From Elsinoe ampelina (taxonomy: Eukaryota), in contig ML992506.1 in the NCBI GenBank assembly GCA_010093995.1, forward strand, positions 754,551 to 787,983: 33,433 bases of DNA, in the 5' to 3' direction. A program made the translations under genes and the position numbers. This document shows, in pieces, positions 22,332-31,727 of the stretch. Positions within the stretch are counted from its first letter, which is position 1. Each line of letters begins with the position of its first letter. The notes under the pieces are model-generated. The model ran no database searches, was not told the DNA's origin, and saw only the letters and a program-made list of their open reading frames with translations.

Positions 22332-25040
22332 TCATCGACTCAGGCTCAGTAATCCTTCCACGTAACGTCTTGGGTCGAAGCCCATACCTCCTGCCAGACT
22401 CGTCGGTCCCCAGCCCGCATTGCTACCGCCTGTGACATCGCTGCCTGTCCAGCCCATCATGCCAGAGAAGTTCCTCGCCCCGCTCTGCTTCGGAGGGGTC
22501 CAGTCACTTGCTTTTCGTACCAGGACCGCGATGCGGCATTCGTCTGTATCAAACTCGTCTGCGTGCGTGTACTTTGAACCGCTCGTCGCGCGACTCTGCC
22601 CTGCTTCCCTGTCCTCTACAGCTGATCTTAGATCTGCCGCCGACGTCTGTGAGGAAGGAGGAAGACGCATCCAGACGACCCACCACCCCCGGCTGGTCTT
22701 TGCTGACTTCTCGATTTCGCGGGAGGCCCGGCGAGTATTGTCCAGCATGGCAAGAATCTGCGAGTGCACGTTGAGCCCCTCGATGCGCGACCACGTTGAT
22801 CCCTCCCCATAGGTCGAGAGGGCAAAGCCCTCCGCTGCAGCAGTGCCTGGCAGCGGTATGTTCGGAATTGACGAATGCACCGTGAGACGGACCGGGTCGA
22901 ACAACAGATCATACACTGGAAGGTTTTGCTGACCTTTACCATTGGGAGTGTCTGGTGATGATGGTTCTTGCGAGTCCTCGATACGCTGGGCAACGTTTGC
23001 CGATGAAGTGCTGGCACTCATTGGCTTCTGCAGTGGAGTAAGATGCCTATGCAGGTTCGAGTAGAATGAGGTCATTTGGAGTGATTCTTGCCTTTGCTCA
23101 AACAGGAACGCGAAGATGAATGGGCGGCGAATGTAGATCAGAACTCTGAGGCGCTCCGGTCTCTGCGTGGTCATGTCGTTTCTAAAAGTGGAAACGGACG
23201 AGCCATCAGATATTTCATCTTGACTGTCGTCAGGCTGGACAGGTTTGATAGTCTCGACATGGATCGTCCGCAGCACAGTACGGTCCCCTCCGTCTTCGTC
23301 CTCAGAAGCAGATTTGGCATCTTCAGGTCGGAGAGTGTCGTTACTCAGTGTGCCCTTGTACCCAATTAGGAAGTAGCCGTCCGTCTCACGTCGGATCTGA
23401 TCTGCAATTTGTGATTCGATGAGATGTCCATCAGGCATCGGGTCCACATGTTTCAACGACTCGTTATTTTCCTCAATGTTCGGAGTCAGCCGTGAGGCGT
23501 TCGATTTGGTCGATTGTCGAGTGACTACGGATGGTCTCGTGGACTGCTTCTCAGGAGTCGCCGGTCTTGCGAGCTTGTTCAGTCCAAATGTCAGGTACGT
23601 GACCCACTTTTCATTCGATATCCCTAGAGTCGAGTCTTGCGCGCCGTCAGCTGCGGCTGCGTTGTCCGTGTTTGTAGCTTTTGTGGTCGCTTCCCGTAAT
23701 GATTGCTCTGCTGATTTGACTATCGGGGGTGGTATGCCCGGTCGATGATCAGTGGTAGGATCGGCTTTGGTACTGGCAATACCGACTGCATGATCCTGTG
23801 AAGCCGCACGATCATGTACAGCGGGCCGGTCATCAGGTGGCAGATCAGGACGTGAGGGCACTTTAGTGATAGGTACCTGGTCGTCCCTAGGCTCTTGAGG
23901 AGAGTCTTTACTCTCCAAATCTGTGCTCCGAGATGCGACCTTCGTCCCATCCGGTGACGCGCTCTTCTGCTCTTCGTTGGCGGAAATGCCAGATGTTGAT
24001 GATGGAGCTCGCCGGTTAAGTCTCCGACGCTTGCGCGACGGGTGATCTTTGACTCCGTACGCATGCTCTCCATAGACGTAAATCTGCTGTACCCAATTCG
24101 AGATGTCTCTCACGCTAGCCCGGGACAATGACCCAGTGCCTCCGAATATGACACCGTCGCTGGCCTCTGCCGGTTTGCCACGACCCAACCAGGGTATCCT
24201 AGCTTCCAGGTGGCCCGCCGCTTTACCCTCTGCCGTCACGGGGTTGCCGAATCGTGATACAACCATGTCAATCATCCCCTCTGTGTTGTGTATCAGATCC
24301 TCGAGGACTGCTCTTTCTCCACTGCCCCAGTCCTCCTCTCCGACGCCCATTCCAAGTTCGCCTCCAGCGGACAGCTTCAAACCACCTAGTACGTCCGCCG
24401 CCGGGTTTCCGTGAAGAAGAACCTCCCAGTAGCGGCAAAATCGCCCCCAGTACCTATCAAGAAAGCTACACAGCTTGTCTCTCCCAAGCCTTCCGAACAA
24501 GAACTCCAGTGAGGGCCCGTGATGCAACAGAAATGTCCTATGCGCCACCAAGATCTGCTGCACCAACAACGCCGGCGTCGCCACCTCTCTAGCCGAGTAC
24601 TCCCACTGCTCGGCCTCGGCACCATCCTTGCCCTTGTCCTTCCCACCGGCCTTGGGTAGCCTCGTCAGATCCACACTTGCAAGTACCCACCACCCCCTCT
24701 CCACCTCCTTCAGCACAACCCGACTCTTCTCCGTCTCCACACTCTCCGTCGCCTCCCCATCGCTGAATGTCCGTGCAAAGTCCACCATCCCCTGTGCTAA
24801 TCCAATCTGCCGTAAACGCTCATTTTCCTGCTCTTTCTCCACCTGTGCATCTCCCTTTCCGTCCGCATCTTGCCCGGACCCCGCGGTCTTGCGGGCGAGC
24901 TTCGCATCCCGGTCAGCTCTCGAGTACCAGAACAGAAGCTGCTGACGGAACGTCTCATCTGTGCGGCCCAGAGAGGGATTATAGATGGCGAGGAAGGAAA
25001 GTTGGGCCGGTATCACGGCTGGGACGGCGGGGGAGGTCAT
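22332..25040 (-). CDS. ccz1: Vacuolar fusion protein Ccz1 homolog (Mon1-Ccz1 Rab7/Ypt7 GEF subunit), ~902 aa, intronless
   Basis: The N-terminal longin-like segment PAQLSFLAIYNPSLG..DE, ENERLRQIGLAQGMVDFARTFS, ETEKSRVVLKEVE.GWWVLASVDLT and the C-terminal KTSRGWWVVWMR and YVEGLLSL are characteristic of fungal Ccz1. ATG 25040 is preferred to the ORF-track start 25157 because the homologous sequence starts just after it. Confidence 0.85.
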   Translation of the reverse strand: MTSPAVPAVIPAQLSFLAIYNPSLGRTDETFRQQLLFWYSRADRDAKLARKTAGSGQDADGKGDAQVEKEQENERLRQIGLAQGMVDFARTFSDGEATESVETEKSRVVLKEVERGWWVLASVDLTRLPKAGGKDKGKDGAEAEQWEYSAREVATPALLVQQILVAHRTFLLHHGPSLEFLFGRLGRDKLCSFLDRYWGRFCRYWEVLLHGNPAADVLGGLKLSAGGELGMGVGEEDWGSGERAVLEDLIHNTEGMIDMVVSRFGNPVTAEGKAAGHLEARIPWLGRGKPAEASDGVIFGGTGSLSRASVRDISNWVQQIYVYGEHAYGVKDHPSRKRRRLNRRAPSSTSGISANEEQKSASPDGTKVASRSTDLESKDSPQEPRDDQVPITKVPSRPDLPPDDRPAVHDRAASQDHAVGIASTKADPTTDHRPGIPPPIVKSAEQSLREATTKATNTDNAAAADGAQDSTLGISNEKWVTYLTFGLNKLARPATPEKQSTRPSVVTRQSTKSNASRLTPNIEENNESLKHVDPMPDGHLIESQIADQIRRETDGYFLIGYKGTLSNDTLRPEDAKSASEDEDGGDRTVLRTIHVETIKPVQPDDSQDEISDGSSVSTFRNDMTTQRPERLRVLIYIRRPFIFAFLFEQRQESLQMTSFYSNLHRHLTPLQKPMSASTSSANVAQRIEDSQEPSSPDTPNGKGQQNLPVYDLLFDPVRLTVHSSIPNIPLPGTAAAEGFALSTYGEGSTWSRIEGLNVHSQILAMLDNTRRASREIEKSAKTSRGWWVVWMRLPPSSQTSAADLRSAVEDREAGQSRATSGSKYTHADEFDTDECRIAVLVRKASDWTPPKQSGARNFSGMMGWTGSDVTGGSNAGWGPTSLAGGMGFDPRRYVEGLLSLSR

Positions 25041-25326
25041 CGGGGACGCATTGTCAGAGGTCGGAGCCTTCGAGAAGGAGAAGGAGAAGGGTGAGCAGCT
25101 GTCGGACGGGAGGTATGGATGTTGTGTCACTATTGCGCATGCGCTGGTTGTTTGCACATGCAGGAGCTGGGTAGGGAACCATGGGCAACCAATCGGGGCA
25201 TCACCTACAACAACTTTTGCAAAATCACTTTTCGGAGGATTTTATCACCACAACCATCAAACCATCAATTTTTCTGGTACCATTCGATTCAGAACTGGAT
25301 TCTGCATCCTTTGAGACTAGAAAATC

Positions 25327-26946
25327 ATAGGTGCCGGCAAAGACTGGCCTTATGTAGGCGAAAAACCCCTAAATCCATCTACACACGCTTCTAGAATCAA
25401 ATAGGACATTAATTCTATCAACTACTATGCCATTTCTATCGGGAAAACAAAAGGACAAGCTATTCCATTTAAAGTCTTTTAAAAGCTATCTGTTTCTATT
25501 ATCGGCTACCTCTATAAGGTCTTAATTTAACTGTCAATAAAGGACATCGAAATGAAGCTAGAATCTATCTATAAGGACATTAAAACGTCGCAATCCACCG
25601 CTGCCCTATTTAAATAGACTACTAAGACGTAGGCTAAAATAGTAGCCTCTAGCCCTTAAGGATTACTACTGTCCCTTAGCTTACTACTATTAGGATCTTA
25701 GCTAGCTAGGGACATATTTTACCTATTAGCTAGGTAGCTTATTGTTAAGCTAAACAATACGTAGCTAGCGTAAACCTAGCAGCTAGGGAATAAAACAGCT
25801 AACCTCTAAAAGGAACTCCTAGAAATAGCTAATAAGTAACTAGTAAAGATAGAGCCTATAGTATAAGGTACTAAGCTATAGTTAGTATATATACTTAAGT
25901 CTAGAGATATCTAGTTCTTTGCTGCTACTACTAGGGAAGCGAAGCTTCTTAAGTAACTCTAGTATAGTAGGTAGGCTAAAAGCCTTAGGCTCTCGGCTAT
26001 AGTTATTATATCTACCTTTAGTACTATTCTCTACTAGGTCTCCGTTTAGATAGTTAATCTAGCTAATTAGACGAGGATAGTAGCCTAGCTCTAAGCTAAA
26101 AACCCGCTTGTTATAGGTAATACAGTTATTAAGTACATCTACTAGCTTACTAAGTTTAGTAAAGATAAGAAGGCCTCTACCTTAGTAGTAGAGTTTACTA
26201 AACCTAAGGACATAAACAGGGTAATTATAGCTTAGTAAGTTGCTTAGAACAGTAGTAAGTATAGGACTAAAAGGTACCTACGTAGCTACCGGATTAAACA
26301 ATGTCTAAAGTGCTACTAATATAGCTATATTAGAACCTAATATATTAATTCTAAAATATGTAGTAAGTACACTAGTACTAAATATAACACTAACGCCTAT
26401 ACTATAGAAGCTAATAGTAGTAAGCCCCTATACTACTACTACTATAGTAAATATTATATATAGGTAACTATATATAAGTTTAAATAGAAAGAAAAGACAA
26501 AGATAGAATAGGTAAAGGCTCTAGCTATAAAATAGCTCTTCTAGCTAGAGCTAGCGTTAGATCTTACCTCGCTAGTGTCTAAAATGTTATTAAGGTTAGA
26601 ATAGAGTAACTCTATTCTAACCTCTAAGCTTACTCCTTTATAGGAGAGTATCTCTAGCCTAGTAGTAGAGATGTTCTAAGAAGAAGACTTCTAGATAGTA
26701 TAATCTAAGAAGTTCTAGCGCACCTTAAAGAGCTACTCTAAGACTAGAGACAACCGGTCCTACTCCTCTAGCTTAAAGAAAAAGAGCAAGAGCAAAATCT
26801 ATACTAGATTAAAGATTAGAGGCTAGAAGAGAACGTACTTAGACCTATTAAAGGAAATTAGTAGCAATTTAAGGACAAAAAAGACTATCTTTAATATCTT
26901 TACTAACCCGGACATTACCTCTATTACCGCTATAAAAACAGTTTAA
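25327..26946 (+). pseudogene. LINE ORF1 (gag-like nucleic-acid-binding protein), RIP relic
   Basis: Frame 1 with TAA/TAG read as CAA/CAG/TGG gives LKSGDI, KKASTLVVEF and RIKQCLKCHQYGHIGTQC (CCHC knuckle near 26300-26345). The start is inferred at ATA 25327 (ATG>ATA). Confidence 0.8.
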
Positions 26947-27103
26947 CTATAGGCTAACGTAGATAATATGCTTAATATTAATATATAGGACATAGGGAAT
27001 AATAACTTTAGCTTAAACCTATTCTTATCTACGAACAAGTTAGAACTATATAAGTTATCTTAGTAGATAAAGCCTATATAGAAGAAGGCTAGTAAGTCGA
27101 TTA

Positions 27104-30100
27104 ATAAATAGCACACTAAAAGGACTTAAAATTATATAGTATAACGTTAGGGGATCTAAGGATAGAGTAATAGCTCTACTATTTAATATACTAGACATTA
27201 CAAGTTTTAATATTATTATAATCTAGGACCTCTACTATAATAGATTCGCTACTATAACCTACTATCTACTTAAGTAAGACTTCTAGCTAGTTTACCTATA
27301 AGAGGGCTCTAAGGTTTACTTCTTTATTAATAAGCAAATCCTAAAATGCTTTCTATTACTAGTCTATATAGCTAAAAGATATATTATTCTTTAAGTTATC
27401 TACTATGTTAATAGTACCCCTACCTAGCTATATATCTATAACGTATATAACTCCCCTTATAGCGCTAGTAACGGTATAAGGGGGGACAATATAAGCTTTC
27501 TTAAAGTCTGTAGCTTACTTATTAAACTCGAGGTAGAGTTAGTAGGTAGGCCTAACTAGAAACATCTTGTCCTTAGGGACTTTAACCTATACTACTACCT
27601 ATAGACTAGAGGCATAGACTAAGACAAATAAACTACTAGAGCTATAGACTACCTAGCTAAAGACATATTTAAATAATATTACCTTTACCCGTGCCTAAGG
27701 CCTAGTACTATTACTAGACTAGTAGAGATAGCTTTATAGCTATAGTATAGGTTAATACTAGACTTAGTATTTATGTTAGAACGTATTATAGAACGTCTTA
27801 TTAAATATAATATCTCTAGGAAGTACAACTTATAATTAGACTATCTACCTATTATTATAGTACTTAACTTTAACTCTATACCCCGAGTAGTAGAGAATAG
27901 ACAGTGCTAGAAGAAGGCTAATACTTTAGCCTTCTAGAAAATACTTACCAGACTTAACCTAGATAGGCTAATAGACACTATAGCTAACATTAACGAAGTA
28001 GTCTACTAGATTATATAGGCGATAGAGGAGGTAGTTAAGCGGACTGTACTAGAGAGTAGAATCTATAGTAAATCTAGATAGAGCTAGAACTAGAAATATA
28101 TAGAGGCGGTATAAGAGGTAAAGGCAATATAGTAGCGCTAGTAGAGAATATAGAACCTAGAGAACTATATCTAATACTAGCTTACTATACGCTATAAGAA
28201 GTCTACTATAGCTAGGGCACTCTATAACTATTATAGAAATAGAGTATTCTAAGTTATAGAGCCTAACTACCTTTAGAAACTTAGTAAATAGGTTAATAAC
28301 TAAGGTACTATCTAACTAGACTTTACTCTAGTAATCTACGATAGATAGAGTAACCTCTAGTTAGATATAGCTACTAAGGCTACTATTCTCTAGTAAGTCT
28401 TTACGCTAACGCTACTAGAGGTAGACCTCTCTAATATCGAGAGGTTTATCTATTCTAACTCTACTAAGTGCCTTAATATAGTTAAGTACGAAGTAAGAGA
28501 GGTAATATAAGGCATAAAGGTAAATAATACACTAGGACTAGATTAGATACTAAACTACGTATATAAACTAGTAATAGACTTAGTAGCTAGCCTACTTATA
28601 AGAATCTTTAATACCTACCTATAACTAGGATATAACCTATAGTACTTCTACTAATCTACGATAGTTATACTCTATAAGCTAGGTAAATTAGACTACTTCT
28701 AAGTAAAGAGCTACTATCTAATAGCTCTCCTAAACACTATTAGTAAGCTAATAGACATTATAGTAGCTAGAAGAATATTAGTAGCTATAGAGAGGTTCTC
28801 TCTTCTACTATTTAGCTATTATAGTAGCAGGAGAGGTAGAGGTATAAAGTATACTCTCTACCTTATTACTAAATAGATCTACGTAGCCTAGTAAAGAGAA
28901 GAGGTTACTATACTTCTAATACTTAACATATTAGGTACGTTCGATAATGTCTCTTACTAATAGCTACTCTATAATCTCTAGAAATATAGGATTAACTCTC
29001 TAATTATTAACTAGCTAGCTAGCTAGCTCTAGGATAGATAGTTATAGTTAAAAATATAAGAAGGACTCTAGGAGTAGTATAAGATTAATACTAGTATTCT
29101 ATAAGGCTCTTCTCTATCCCCGATCCTCTACTACTTCTATAACGTAGACCTACTAGAGATTAGCTAAGGTAAGATAGATAATATAGAATATATTAATAAC
29201 GTAAGTCTCCTCGCTACTAGAACTACTATAGCGGACACTATAGCCTCTATCTAAGAGGTTATTAGCAAAGCTAATAAGTAGGCCTATACTTACGCGTTAG
29301 TCTTTATCTCTATAAAGTATAAGATAATTTACTTCTTCTATAGGGGATAGCGTACGCTAGAGTAAGAGAAAGTAGATAGGCCTCTTAACATTAAGACCGA
29401 AGGTAGCACCGCTATTACTATTAGACCTAGCTAGGCTTATAGACACCTTAGTGTTATTTTAGACCCCTAGCTTAATAGTAGAGTATACCTAGAGCACGTT
29501 AGAAGTAGAGTAACTAAATAGATTAGGGTACTAACTAGTATAGCGGCCTTAACCTAGGGGATTTCCCTTAAGTAAATAAGGTAGCTATACTACGCTATAG
29601 TGCTCTCTAAGATAATATTTAGATATAGTACCTAGTTTGTCCCCTACGGCGGATTTAGCTATAGAGAAGCTAAAACTACTACGATACGTACGCTTTCCTA
29701 ACTATAGTATAAGGCTCTAGTGCTTATATTAGAGGCGTTATATACTATAGTAGTAGCTACGCTATAGGCGGAGCTAGGGGTTCTACCTATAGACCTCTAC
29801 CTATAGCGTTAGCTACTATCTACTATACTCTGTCTAAAGGGGTTACTCTAGTACGTAGAACTCTAAACTATTAGGGATACTAGAGATATAAGGTTATACC
29901 TTAAAGCGCTACTATATAAACTAGAGATCTACGTAGCTAAAATTATGCCCCCTAAGCTACCCCCCCTAGAAGACTACGTCGCTAAGGCCGTTAACCTATA
30001 GTAGGTGCTACTAGATACCTATATTACTAACACGATTAAGAACGCTATTTAGAAGTATAACGAAGTAGTACGAACTAGTAGAGGTAACCTTAGTTGTATT

Positions 30101-31018
30101 ATTACGTACTTAGATAGCTCTAAGATATAAGGTAAAGTAGGAGCTATAGCCTAGATCCTCTCGAGGGAATAGCTTAGTAAATACTATATAGATACGAACT
30201 AAAGTAGTAATATCTATATAGCGGAGCTATAAGGTATCTACCTTATACTAGGCCTAATAGTTAAGGTTAATAGGCCCCTAGTATAAGAGGTAAATAGAAT
30301 TACTATCTTCGCTAATAACTAGGCTATAATATAGTTAGTTAAGAGACCTAGACAAAAGACAGCGTAGTACCTAATTAGAAGAATTATTAGGCTCTACTAG
30401 TACCTTATATAGTATAGCGTAGAGGTTAAAATTCGCTAGATACTAGGGCATAAGAGTGTTAAGGGCAACGAAGCTATTAATAAGCTAGCTAAGAAAGTAG
30501 CTCTTAACTCTAATAGCCTAAAGACTTACTAGCTACGTACTCTTATTACTATAGTAATAAGGACCTTTACCTAAGCTATTAAGGACAAATAGTAACACCT
30601 TTAGGACGTTAGCGATATAAGGAGAGTATTATACTAAGTGCTTAGCACTATTAATAGTAAGTAAAGTCTCTCTCTATATGCTAGCCTACTAAAACCTCTC
30701 TCCTTAGTTGGCATCTAACTACGCACTAGGTATATTAGACTAAATAACTACCTTTTCTCTATTAAAAGAGTAAATACTAAAGCCTATAAATGCGGTAGAG
30801 CTTCTTAGTTAGTGTACTACGTACTTACTAAGTGCTATATCTATAGAGACATTTACGTAGATATCTAGAGTACTACTTTATAGCCTCTAGCCTAGTAAGA
30901 GTTAGTAGGTATAAGGGCTTACTTCTATAAGGCTATTTAATTTATAAGGTAAACAAACCTTCTAGATTAGTTTAGAGCAGTAGATATAGCACTTTTTATA
31001 CGACAATTTAAGGTATAA
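27104..31018 (+). pseudogene. LINE ORF2 (AP endonuclease - reverse transcriptase - RNase H - C-terminal zinc finger), RIP relic; end approximate
   Basis: All motifs are in frame 2 after de-RIP: LKIMQYNV (~27125), LGDFN (27572), APGPD.IPN (28529), SYRPIALLNTIGK (~28710), TGIPQGSPLSP (29090), YIDD (TAT ATT AAT AAC, 29189-29200), YSDGS (~30107), WIPGH.GV.GNE.VDKLAK (~30437), QLRTGHIGL (~30715) and CKCG..QSVHHVL.EC (~30785). Confidence 0.9.
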
Positions 31019-31066
31019 GACGAAGTATATAGCACACACTATAGGTTACACTAGATAGTTTCCTTA

Positions 31067-31269
31067 TATTAAGAATATAGCTCTCTCTAGATAATTAGGC
31101 TATAAAGTTATATAACTTTAAGTTATGTAATACTAAGGCCTAGAGATTTATAGCTATTCTTTCTTCTAGTAGATAGACTTCTTTTAATTAATTAACTTAT
31201 CTATTACCTAATTAGTGTACGATTAGTTCTATATAATATTCTACCTCTAAACGTATCTTCTACTTAATA
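31067..31269 (+). repeat. 5' LTR of the copia element (~203 bp)
   Basis: Bounded by the 7-bp inverted repeat TATTAAG...CTTAATA (RIP form of TGTTGAG...CTCAACA) and immediately followed by the PBS. The second LTR is outside the window. Confidence 0.7.
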
Positions 31270-31281
31270 GGTTATAAGCCT
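31270..31281 (+). promoter_or_regulatory. Primer-binding site, half-tRNA initiator-Met type
   Basis: GGTTATAAGCCT is two transitions from GGTTATGAGCCC, the anticodon-region tRNAiMet PBS type used by Ty5/copia-like elements. It directly abuts the LTR end. Confidence 0.75.
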
Positions 31282-31727
31282 AGAGCTATAGTATAAGTAT
31301 AGAATTATATATACTATAGTTAAGTATCTACGTTATTAAAATCAGGCCGGATTCTATTAGTATTCTCCTCTATTTCCTCTCTATTATCTTAATCTTAGAT
31401 AGATTAGTAGAGGTAGTATAAAGCGTAAAAGACTAGTTACTTAGTGTATTAAGTAGAACGTATTAAAACGTCTACTATAGATTTATTTCTATAATTGTAT
31501 AACAGCTACTATTTATTAGCTATAAATAACTAAATAATATTTATTTTATTACTATTTTCTCTCTTAAGATTAAGTACCTATTAATCTTATTAATAATTAT
31601 CTAGTTAAGACTAGTATAGAGATCTTAACACCTAGAAGAATTAACTTAAAGGTTATTAACCTCTAGATTCTAACCTTTATCTATTTATTTATAAAGTTCT
31701 TTTCTACTCTAGAACTTATCTTTAGCT

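Larger units (their letters stand above)
25200..31066 (+). mobile_element. Full-length Tad1-like LINE (non-LTR retrotransposon), RIP-inactivated; 5' boundary approximate
   Basis: AT/TpA-rich and CpA/TpG-poor. Restoring transitions reveals ORF1 zinc knuckles and ORF2 APE, RT, RNase H and zinc-finger motifs in order. Confidence 0.92.

Noticed and set aside
25041..25157. 39-aa N-terminal extension of Ccz1 in the ORF track
   Set aside because: CT-rich, UTR-like sequence. Family similarity starts after Met at 25040.
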